64,000 bases of DNA from Haliotis rubra. Its lineage: Eukaryota. This document shows positions 38,598-49,777 of this stretch, piece after piece. The stretch's first letter is position 1; every line of letters starts with the position of its first letter. Where the stretch lies: contig NW_025765669.1 in assembly GCF_003918875.1 (NCBI RefSeq), positions 3,410,001 through 3,474,000 on the forward strand. The letters run 5' to 3'. The notes beneath the pieces were generated by a model that saw nothing but the letters and a program-made list of their open reading frames with translations, had not been told where the DNA came from and searched no databases. Both the position numbers and the translations under genes were made by a program.

Positions 38598-41500
38598 ATG
38601 GAAGAAGGAAACAGCGCGGAAGAAAGGAATAATGCGGAAGCCAGGTAAAAGCAAAAAGGGCTCTCGGACAATTGTCTGTTTACTTTGGGAGAGTTTATAG
38701 AGTGATGTCAGGCAGTGTTCGAAATATATCTTACTCTACAGTAACAAATTATTAGCATTGTTAATCTATAGGATGTTTGGCACTTACCTCACCTCATCTA
38801 CACACACGATTTTCATCACATTCCACGCACAACACTGTAAAGGATATTTTAGGTGTCAGAGGCCCAGATAAGCCGCGTATCCGGGTAAAATACGCATGGA
38901 AAATTTCCAATTACGCATTGAAAAATAATTGTTGCGTACCAATTACGCATTTAAAATGTTACATACGCAAAAAGTTTAAAACAAATGCGTACGGAATATA
39001 TTTATAAAAATCGCTTGCGTAATGAAAAAGACATCGATTGCTATCAAGTTGTACTGATAGTATAGGACTAGTGTTGTACTGTCAGTATAGGATGAGTGAT
39101 TTTTTTATGAAATCATTTCCATTATATTTATGTTGGTTTTGATTAGATATGACATAAGGCAGAACATACCTGCTTAGTAAACTTACTCAATGACATAATA
39201 CTTAGGTGAGTAAAATGACTGAAATACGCACATATTTGAAAGCTGTGGGTAACGGAAAATGAAATACCCACTCAATATTCATAATACCCACTCCAAAAAA
39301 ATACAGTGGGTTCAGTACCCACATGAGTTAAATCTTATCTGGAGCTCTGCGGTGTTTTAACAGCACGCTCATGTTCTCGAAGTTTGTGACTTGTAAGTCA
39401 CAATCGAAACACTTTCACTGGGAATTTCTGAGGGTGGGGCTGGTTTTACCTTTTTTAATTTCAATATCCCCTGATTTCAAGCAAAAGGATACGAAAACGG
39501 AAGCCTATTGTTGTTTCGACGGATATGGAAGAAGGAAACAGCGTGGAAGAAACGAACAATGTGGAAACCAGGTAAAAGCAAAAATGGCTCTCGGAGAATT
39601 GTCTGTTTACTTTGGGAGAGTTTATAGAGTGATGGTAGGCAGTGTTCGAAATATAACTTACTCTACAGTAACAAATTATTACTATTATCAATAAATAGGA
39701 TGTTTGGCACTCACCTCACTCGAATATCGAACACATTCCAGCACCGTTCCTTCTCCTTGTTCGTGGGTGTCAGCCACAAAGATAAACTTCTAAGACCTTC
39801 ACCACTTCCGGCTTCCCTCCTTTCGCGTCGTGATTTAACTGCAATATTGTTTAAAGCGGTGTTAATCCAATCTGCCTCACTACCTCATTAAATCCAGAAC
39901 TATAGACCCAATTACTGATCTAGGTTTATTGCCACGTGTGTCTGAACTGAGAATTTATCTGTGTGTAAAAATTTAAGGAAACCTTCCTCCCAAATTAACT
40001 ACCCCTGTACCAATGATCAAGGTACATGTACACATCAGAGTGTCAGACAAGACGCCTATGCATTTGATTTCATTCCCTGATACCATTACATTTCATTATA
40101 CCTCGAATAAACGTTTTGTTTTACGCACAATTTCGGTTACTGATGGTGTAACTTTAAGTGAATGGGCGACCTTTTTGTTTTGTTCTAAAGGCGATAGCTC
40201 TCCTTTGGAAATGTTGTAAGCGACGGTCCTTGATTTTTGTACACACACACGATTTTCATCACATTCCACGCACAACACTGTAAATGATATTTGAGGTGTT
40301 TTAACAGCACGCTCATGTACTCGAAGTTTGTGACTTGTAAGTACAATCGAAACACTTTCAAAATATTCACTGGGAATTTCTGAGGGTGGGGCTTGTTTTA
40401 CCTTTTTTAATTTCAATATCCCCTGATTTCAAGCAAACGGATACGAAAACGGAAGCCTATTGTTGTCTCGACCGACATGGAAGAAGGGAACAGCGTGGAA
40501 GAAAGGAACCATGTGGAAGCCAGGTAAAAGCAAAATGGTTCTTGAGAATTGTCTGTTTACTTTGGGAGAGTTTATAGAGTGATGGTAGGCAGTGTTCGAA
40601 TATAACTTACTCTACAGTAACAAATTATTACTATTATCAATAAATAGGATGTTTGGCACTCACCTCACTCGAATATCGAACACATTCCAGCACCGTTCCT
40701 TCTCCTTGTTCGTGGGTGTCAGCCACAAAGATAAACTTCTAAGACCTTCACCACTTCCGGCTTCCCTCCTTTCGCGTCGTGATTTAACTGCAATATTGTT
40801 TAAAGCGGTGTTAATCCAATCTGCCTCACTACCTCATTAAATCCAGAACTATAGACCCAATTACTGATCTAGGTTTATTGCCACGTGTGTCTGAACTGAG
40901 AATTTATCTGTGTGTAAAAATTTAAGGAAACCTTCCTCCCAAATTAACTACCCCTGTACCAATGATCAAGGTACACATCAGAGTGTCAGACAAGACGCCT
41001 ATGCATTTGATTTCATTCCCTGATACCATTACATTTCATTATACCTCGAATAAACGTTTTGTTTTACGCACAATTTCGGTTACTGATGGTGTAACTTTAA
41101 GTGAATGGGCGACCTTTTTGTTTTGTTCTAAAGGCGATAGCTCTCCTTTGGAAATGTTGTAAGCGACGGTCCTTGATTTTTGTACACACACACGATTTTC
41201 ATCACATTCCACGCACAACACTGTAAATGATATTTGAGGTGTTTTAACAGCACGCTCATGTACTCGAAGTTTGTGACTTGTAAGTACAATCGAAACACTT
41301 TCAAAATATTCACTGGGAATTTCTGAGGGTGGGGCTTGTTTTACCTTTTTTAATTTCAATATCCCCTGATTTCAAGCAAACGGATACGAAAACGGAAGCC
41401 TATTGTTGTCTCGACCGACATGGAAGAAGGGAAAAGCGTGGACGAAAGGAACCACGTTGAAGCCAGGTAAAAGCAAAAATGGTTCTTTGAGAATTGTCTG

Positions 41501-42026
41501 TTTACTTTGGGAGAGTTTATAGAGTGATGGCAGACAGTGTTCAGAACATAACTTACTCTACAGTAACAAATTATTACCATTGTTGTTGTTATTTTACACA
41601 TTTTTAAATTTTAATATCCCTGATTTCAAGCAAAAGGATATGAAAAGGAGAGCCGATTGCTTTTTCGTTTGGAGCATATTGTTTCCAGCGAAATTTGTCG
41701 TTGCTTTGATTGTTGTTTTCAAGTGGCCTCAAATACATTGTCAATATTTCAAATTTCCTGTTTGATTAACAAACTCATTTATGCTTCAAACGTAGAAGAA
41801 ACATGGGCTTCCGTAAAAGGAGGCTGGTCACCATAGTGCGCGTGATGTAATATTTCTACATTCTTTTCAAATGCAGGCTCTTTGCCCCTTTCCGTCACCT
41901 TGAGAAAATAGGATACAGGTTAAGACTCTTGGAGAACGAGTCACTTGCTGTTGTACACGTCCCCGGTCTTTCTGACGACGCCTTTGATGTCGACGGTAAT
42001 ACAAGAATTGTATGGTGGTGCGATTT

Positions 42027-42061
<35 letters not shown>

Positions 42062-45000
42062 ATGTGAATGTTTCTGATTGCGAAAAAATCCACACTCTAA
42101 CTGATGTTGAAAGTTATATTATAACCCCAGTGAATGGATCGATGTTGTCAATTTTCTATTTTCTTCACCTAGAGGAGTATACAACCCAGGTTACCTGTAG
42201 TTGAACTAATAACGCTGTTATTGGTCCATATATACTCAATACGTTCACTGACATACTATCTATGCGGATATTTGAAAAGTATCTGAAAATGTATGGGGAA
42301 TAGGCAGGGAGGAGTATGAGTGAGTGAGTTTAGTTTACGCCGCACTCAGCAATATTCCAGCTATATGACGGCGGTCTGTTAATAATCGAGTCTGGACCAG
42401 GCAATCCAGTGATCAACAGCATGAGCATCGATCTGCACAATTGGGAACCGATGAAATGTGTCAACCAAGTCAGCGAGCATGACCACCTGATCCCATTAGT
42501 CGCCTCTTACGACAAGCATAGTCGCCTTTGTGGCAAGCATGGGTTGCTGAAGACCTATCTTCACGGGTGGAAGAGTACGAAAAAATATACATGGTGTTCA
42601 GGTGCAACTGGCTTTGTCATGAAATCAAGGAGAGAGAGTTGAAAGGAATCGGACGGAAGTGAAAACCAGCTCTGATACATGAAAATGAAGCGGTCATATA
42701 CCATCATGTACCTCAGCTGGGATTCGAACATGGGCGATCTTATCTTACTCCTAATCACACGACCTTACGATAGTTGTGCCAAGTATTTGAACAGAAAGAC
42801 ATCTATGTATATCTAGTAAACAATGTTTCAGATATTCTCCTTAAACACAACTAAAGTACCCACTTCCACCCAGTTATACCCAGAAACTGAAAGTCACGGG
42901 AATAAGTGTATGTTTATCCCTAGTTCGATACAAACGGATTGGTGATATAAGTACTGATGATATCCCGAGGACCAAAGTGGGGAAGTTATTGAGTTCGAGT
43001 TTCGAGTTTGGTTTATACGACATTATTCTTTCCACTTCAGGGAACTGCCACGTGTGGAGCATTGTAAAGATAATAGGTGCAGCTGTTCATTTCTACGACA
43101 TTATTCTTTCCACTTCAGGGAACTGTCACGTGTGGAGCATTGTAAAGATAATAGGTGCAGCTGTACATTTCTACGACATTATTCTTTCCACTTCAGGGAA
43201 TTGCCACGTGTAGAATATTGTAAAGATAATAGATGCAGCTGTACATTTCTACGACATTATTCTTTCCACTTCAGGGAACTGCCACGTGCGGAGTATTGTT
43301 AAGATGATAGATGCAGCTGTACATTTCTACGACATTATTCTTTCCACTTCAAGGAACTGCCACGTGTGGAGTATTGTGAAGATGATAGATGCAGCTGTAC
43401 ATTTCTACGACATTATTCTTTCCACTTCAGGGAACTGCCACGTGTGGAGTATTGTAAAGATGATAGATGCAGCTGTACATTTCTACGACATTATTCTTTC
43501 CACTTCAGGGAACTGCCACGTGTGGAGTATTGTAAAGATGATAGGTGCAGCTGTACATTTCTACGACATTATTCTTTCCACTTCAGGGAACTGCCACGTG
43601 TGGAGTATTGTAAAGATGATAGGTGCAGCTGTACATTTCTACGACATTATTCTTTCCACTTCAGGGAACTGCCACGTGTGGAGCATTGTAAAGATAATAG
43701 GTGCAGCTGTACATTTCTACGACATTATTCTTTCCACTTCAGGGAATTGCCACGTGTAGAATATTGTAAAGATAATAGATGCAGCTGTACATTTCTACGA
43801 CATTATTCTTTCCACTTCAGGGAACTGCCACGTGTAGAATATTGTAAAGATAATAGATGCAGCTGTACATTTCTACGACATTATTCTTTCCACTTCAAGG
43901 AACTGCCACGTGTGGAGTATTGTGAAGATGATAGATGCAGCTGTACATTTCTACAACATTATTCTTTCCACTTCAGGGAATTGCCACGTGTGGAGTATTG
44001 TAAAGATAATAGGTGCAGCTGTACATTTCTACGACATTATTCTTTCCACTTCAGGGAACTGCCACGTGTGGAGTATTGTAAAGATGATAGGTGCAGCTGT
44101 ACATTTCTACGACATTATTCTTTCCACTTCAGGGAACTGCCACGTGTGGAGTATTGTAAAGATGATAGGTGCAGCTGTACATTTCTACGACATTATTCTT
44201 TCCACTTCAGGGAACTGCTACGTGTGGAGTATTGTAAAGATGATAGGTGCAGCTGTACATTTCTACGACATTATTCTTTCCACTTCAGGGAACTGCCACG
44301 TGTGGAGTATTGTAAAGATGATAGGTGCAGCTGTACATTTCTACGACATTATTCTTTCCACTTCAGGGAACTGCCACGTGTGGAGTATTGTAAAGATGAT
44401 AGGTGCAGCTGTACATTTCTACGACATTATTCTTTCCACTTCAGGAACTGCCACGTGTGTGGAGTATTGTAAAGATGATAGGTGCAGCTGTACATTTCTA
44501 CGACATTATTCTTTCCACTTCAGGGAACTGCCACGTGTGGAGTATTGTAAAGATGATAGGTGCAGCTGTACATTTCTACGACATTATTCTTTCCACTTCA
44601 GGGAACTGCTACGTGTGGAGTATTGTAAAGATGATAGGTGCAGCTGTACATTTCTACGACATTATTCTTTCCACTTCAGGGAACTGCCACGTGTGGAGTA
44701 TTGTAAAGATGATAGGTGCAGCTGTACATTTCTACGACATTATTCTTTCCACTTCAGGGAACTGCCACGTGTGGAGTATTGTAAAGATGATAGGGAGGGC
44801 TGTCGATTTTGCACACTGTTATCCTCTGGACAGTTCAGAACGCTTCTTCCTGGACTATGGGATACTTTTCGATCGATTGTTCACCTTCATGGCTTCTTCG
44901 TCCTTTGAGTTTAACAAGTGTTTGTATGAACCTCTTGTGTCAAAATGGCCGCTCAAGGTCAATGTGCAGCTCGGATACATCGGGAAGTCTTCCACCAATT

Positions 45001-45500
45001 TTGTCAATAATGTTGTTGAACCATCATCGGGGGAGATACTGGTGAGAAATATCAACCAGCTTGTTGCCATTGACAAGGAAACGCGGAAACCGACGCCATT
45101 CCCGTCATGGTGGAAGGAGAAACACGGGGAGAAGGCTGTCAGGAAGGAACCACTGATTGTCCAGAAGCTTTCCAAACCTGACAACGCCCACACCTACACC
45201 TTACGTGCGTCGTGGAGCGAAACAGACCTGTACAATCACGTCAACTGGACGTCTTATGTGGTGTACTCCATCGATGCCCTCCGCCACGGGATCAAGGAGG
45301 GAGTGTTGAGAGGCATGAACAAGGAGGTGGTCAAGAATGGAATACAGAGGATGCAGATGGCTTACTTTGGTGAATGTGTAGAAGGGGACCAGTTGACTGT
45401 TTACTTCTGGGAGGTGAAGGACCAGCCTAGGACTGTGTATTTTGACATAGAAAGAGATGGGACATCCGTCTTTCAAAACACATTAACATACCACCAGTAG
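38598..45500 (+). CDS. TE-2: thioesterase-like paralog with repeated N-terminal cassette exons and an acceptor array (possibly partly pseudogenised)
   Basis: Exon 1 is 38598-38644 (MEEGNSAEERNNAEA, phase 2). 90-nt phase 2-2 exons at 39482-39571, 40434-40523 and 41377-41466. Then exon 41877-41995 and last exon 44758-45500 (743 nt, open). Confidence 0.7.
38857..39349. mobile_element. MITE (CAGAG..CTCTG termini) in TE-2 intron 1
   Basis: TIR CAGAGGCCCAGATAAG/CTTATCTGGAGCTCTG. The empty site GAGGTGTTTTAACAGCAC is seen in the paralogous units at ~40293 and ~41236. Confidence 0.75.
39350..41580 (+). repeat. ~945-bp tandem repeat (~2.4 units), each unit carrying one 90-nt cassette exon
   Basis: Near-identical blocks offset by 943-952 bp (e.g. 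identical ORFs at 40096 and 41039). Homologous units at ~50140-51200 and ~51565-51950. Confidence 0.92.
42027..42061. repeat. (CAT)n microsatellite; others at 6159-6187 (GAT)n, 23628-23704 (CA)n and 58964-58997 (CAT)n
   Basis: Direct inspection. Confidence 0.9.
42317..42568 (-). mobile_element. Retroposon family B in TE-2 intron
   Basis: Full-length copy, absent from the homologous TE-3 intron. Confidence 0.87.
43014..44795 (+). repeat. 78-bp tandem array (22 full units plus the terminal junction) made from the intron/last-exon junction of TE-2
   Basis: Unit TACGACATTATTCTTTCCACTTCAG|GGAACTGCCACGTGTGGAGTATTGTAAAGATGATAGGTGCAGCTGTACATTTC. Acceptor positions end at 43040 and then every 78 nt to 44444, then 44523, 44601, 44679 and 44757. 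Single-copy homolog at 52643-52720. Confidence 0.97.
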
Positions 45501-46529
45501 GAACAATATTTGTTAATTTATCACCGTCTTTAGAAGTAGATGCTTCTCGTCATGATGATCACCGGTTTCCCAGAACATACTTATCTGTCTTAAGAGTAAC
45601 ATGCTTTTGATGAATGAAATTCAACTCCGAATTGTATTTTACTGTTGTATTACTGAAATTCGCCCTACATGTGTCTAAATTTGTCAGCTTCTTTACAGTG
45701 CTGGTGGGTTCACCAAAGCTTTACCGCTTTGTCTAAAACCAGCATCACCTTGTTTCGTTCGATATTAAACTGACAAGCCGTAATGGAACTTGATTACTGT
45801 TCGAAACGACGTTAAGAGGTAAAGATGCTAAATCACTGGCTTATATACCAAATTGAATGAACTTGAACTTAAAATTACTCCTTCAACTTCGCAAAAAAGC
45901 AGTTGCCTCTCTCTTGTCAACATTCGTATGACCTGACTTATCCTGTAATTTTTGACAAGAGCACCTCCACAGCCGTTTTGAAAGGCGCTCGTTTAATCGC
46001 ATGCTATTTATTTTGTTATGTACCTATACAAAAAAATGTCCCTTGCTAAGAATGTAAATATGTAGTCATATTACAGCTTATGGTATAAATCACCAACATT
46101 GTAAAGCGGAATTGTTACGAGTATATCTGCTTTAACTTCATTTTCAGTGGTCAAGCTCAGTCACGTGGCTTCATTGCTCTTTAACCGTTCCATTGCTAAA
46201 AGGACAACGGAAATATGCCATATGTCACCGTGAACCTTAAATTTGGCAATGCATACCAATACATTTTGTTTAGAGTTTGCACCTATATGAGGCTTAGTTA
46301 TTTCATGGAATTATCAGGCACAGTGAGTGCCTGGTACAGCTTTATTTTCACAAGCTGTCGTGATTATTTGCTTCGCAAAACCACAAGATTGGGTCAGGAC
46401 TGGCTAATGAAAGTGTGGACACAACTTGTGTTGCTCTATTGTGCGGAATGACTTGTCATAAATTTTGTCTATATTTATGTATGTGACACTGATTAAAACA
46501 CAGCCTGCAAAGTAATCATTGTTTTTATC

Positions 46530-47180
46530 AACAACATACGGGGTATATAGTATTCTGCGTGTCTGTTCGTCCGTCCATTTCTAGAATTGTATTTTTCCCG
46601 TTTCCATGGCTACAAGTTTGACTTTGACTTTATTCTAAGTTGTGTCCTTGTCCTGACCATATCTCTAAACTAATTACTATTCATTCACGAAACTGTGTAC
46701 ACACAGGGAACACGTTGTGAACAGGTGCCTTCGACATTTAGGAATCTAAAAATTTAAATTTTTCCCGTTTCCATGGCAACAGGTTTTGACTGTTAATAGT
46801 TGTGTCCTTGTCCCGACCATATCTTTGAATAAATATTCATTCACAAAACTTTGCACACACATTGATCAGATTGTCAACAGGTGACTTTTGCTACTTACTG
46901 ATTTTTAGAACTTTTATTTTTTCTGTTACAGGATCATCGTTATATTATATCATACGCTACCTACCACTTATGACATCCACTTGACCATTTAACACAATAA
47001 AACATGACATACAAATGTAAGTTCCATACCGGCCCTGTTCCTTTTTTGCCAATAACACGATAACCTGGATACATAATTATACCTTCATGACGTTTTACAT
47101 ATGACTCTTGTAGGACTTGATGATTATCTCTATCGAATTTGTTGGAGATGGGGGATTTGTCATCTCTTGGTGACTCTAGC
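46530..47180. mobile_element. Helentron/HINE-like non-autonomous element
   Basis: GGGGTATA..(GTCC)n-type start, two internal ~165-bp repeats (TTTTTCCCGTTTCCATGGC..GTTGTGTCCTTGTCC), and a terminal GGGGGATTTGTCATC..GTGACTCTAG hairpin. Absent from the paralogous region downstream of TE-1. Confidence 0.55.
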
Positions 47181-47499
47181 ATATCATGACATGAACTCAC
47201 TACACATTTATGTTTGCGTTCATGGAGCTATAAAAGTAAAAGGAGGTGTTCACGTTTAGGGTACTCGTACTTATACTGTGCTCACTGGGGGGGTGGGGGA
47301 GAGGTTGGGTATTTACGTTTAAAGTGAGTTAGTATGGTTTTACGCTGCTTTTCGCAATTTTCCACCAATATCGAATAGGGGTCTTTTCCTGTTTCTTTCT
47401 TTTGCTTAAAATGCGTTTTAAATAGAATTATTCTTGTTATTTCAAATTGATATCTAAGAGATTATTAGATAGGAATCACATACAGCACATTCAAATGTA

Positions 47500-48938
47500 T
47501 ACTCTCCCAAAAAAGAAACGCATCATGAAAATAGCAATTTCATGTAGCAATGAATTAAAACGTGATTCATTTTACGAAAGGTTTTGCTCTGTTTATGAGT
47601 CCTATGGTGTTTATGTTTTGAAACATCACAACAAAACGCACCATCCGTAACATACCCGTATTTAACAGCATGATTTTCAATTTCGGCGTGTAGTGTCACA
47701 GAATACACATTTCACATGTAATGCGCGTGAAAGTTGGGGATCAGATAGTCTCAATGATGGGTATAAAAGGTTGATCGCTATCTGTCGATTATTCACTGTA
47801 TTTGGAATATTGTTTACGAACGCAAAATACCACGTCTATGTGAAGCCAGCCGTCATATCGCCATTGGTTTGCTTGAAGCTGGCCAGTCTCAACGTGCAGT
47901 TGCCCGACGCATGAATGTTCACCAAAGCACCATTTCACGGCTCTGGGAGAGATATTGCCGGCAGAATGCGGGTACATCACCCGCGTCATCGAACAGCTAC
48001 GGCGACCAGTACCGCTCGACAAATACCCGGATTGAGGAGGTTTTCAGCACAGACCGTCAGGAACAGGTTGAGAGAGGCTGGTTTACGTGCCAGAAGACCT
48101 TATTTTGGCCCTGTGCTTCGACAACAACATCGTCGACATCGAATTCAATGGTGCACCAAAGTTCAGGCCCTGAACCTACCGAATTGGCGTAGAATCTGGT
48201 TCGGTGATTAATCACGATTTCTATTGGAACGGCGTGATGGAAGAATGCGGGTGTACAGACGTCGACGTGAACGTTTTGCCGACGCTTGCGTTCCCCAGGT
48301 GGATAGATTCGGCCGGGGCGGTGTTATGATGTGGGGGGAGCGATCACCTGCCGTAGTAGAAGTGATTTGGTGATGATCCTGGGCAACCTGACAGCTCAAC
48401 GGTACTGTGACGAAATCCTACGCCCACACCTCCTTCCAATCATTGACAATGCCAGGCTCCACACATCACGTCCTACTAGAGACTTCCTCCAGAACCACAA
48501 CATCAGTGTGCTCCCCTGGCCCTCAAGATCACCGGACTTAAACCCGATCGAACATCTGTGGGATGCCCTGGACAGACGGGTGCGACGCCTTAACCCTCAG
48601 CCCCAGACACTTCAGCAACTCGCACAGGCACTACAGGCAGAGTGTGCTGCAATTGAGCAACACGAGATTCTGAGACATATTCGTTCGATGCCGAGGCGAT
48701 GCCGTGCAGTTCTGGATGCCCACGGTGGTCACACGAGGTATTGACTTCAACGCCACCACACGTCTCCATGTGACACTCAAACTGACTTTCCTCGAGTTGG
48801 TGCCAAAGACGGATAAGTCTGCATTCCCAGTGTGCAATTTCGCTATATTTCATTGACTCATAAAGCCTACAAGATGTTTCAAAATAAACATAAAAATACA
48901 GTTGAAATTCCTACATGCGTTTCTTTTTTGGGAGAGTA
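47500..48938 (+). mobile_element. Tc1/mariner DNA transposon with intact ends and a disrupted transposase
   Basis: 24-bp TIRs TACTCTCCCAAAAAAGAAACGCAT / ATGCGTTTCTTTTTTGGGAGAGTA with TA TSD. Motifs SQRAVARRMNVHQSTISRL (HTH), SAQTVRNRL, WFGD*SRF, DNARLH and WPSRSPDLNPIEHLW in shifted frames. Confidence 0.95.
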
Positions 48939-49777
48939 TATATTAATGAATGAGTGAGTATGTTTTTACTGAACACCACGGCAGGTGCAATAGAATGGAC
49001 AATCACAAAATGGATTTTTACAACACTCACACATACAGTTGGATGGTGGTCGTCGAGGATGAAAGCATTGTATCGCCAAATGGAGAGCCTTTCATACACA
49101 AGCCAGTGCCTTCTCACATAACACAGTTGACTTCATAATGTATGACATTCACGCAGTGGTCATCTAATATACTATGAAATGAAAACGTCGCCCATTATGC
49201 CTCGATACGTTGCATACTGACGATTGCAATATCCTGATAGTTAATTGGTAACGTTTTAATTGAACAATGACAGTTGTAACACCTGTTGGGGGCATTAATG
49301 TTTCCCGTTCTCCAGCCGCTTACTGGGCAAGCTACAAACCAGCAGATTCCGCCGTTCCCCGGAATATTATTCCATCTTTGAAATCGGTATGGTAGGTTTC
49401 TCTGGCAAAATAATGCCATCTTAGAATTACCTTCAGTAGAAATATGTTCAACCCATTGAGTGGTACGGTAAGGACAGTTGGTTGACAATGCCGTGGCGGT
49501 TCTTAGGAAAACCTTATAGTTGTAGGTTAACAATTGGGTAAGTAGGCACCTCGGTGTGTTGTTCGTTTTCAGTTTAGATGGTGTAGCTAATGAAACTGAG
49601 ACATTGTCACTATGTATTTGGTAAACGTTTAATGTCCCCCTGATTACCTTCATAATAACAGAGTTGTCATCAATGGTGTTTGGTGGATTTGTGTCAGGAA
49701 GGAGGAAAGCCCCCATTTAAACATTGGTCTTTATAGGTGTGAAGTACGGGTGACGAAGTGATCAGCTGACGACCGCC

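Noticed and set aside
39700-41359. Duplicated ORFs (MKLKKVKQAPP.., MIKVHIRVSDK.., MFGTHLTRIS..)
   Set aside because: They are identical only because of the recent ~945-bp tandem duplication. They have no motif or splice support and are not preserved in the TE-3 units.
5475-42642. Recurrent short ORFs MINSMSIDLRNW.., MTHVIGSQLRRS.., ..WVQCVKPISG.. as a gene family
   Set aside because: They are translations of the family A/B repeats.
43366-44472. 368-aa Cys/His-rich ORF (RVEYCKDDRCSCTFLRHYSFHFRELP)n as a metal-binding protein
   Set aside because: It is an alternative-frame by-product of a 78-bp (3n) repeat, starts at GTG, and is not the frame homologous to the gene.
43014-44795. CRISPR array interpretation of the 78-bp repeats
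   Set aside because: There are no unique spacers: units are contiguous near-identical copies of a host splice junction. The context is eukaryotic and has no cas genes.
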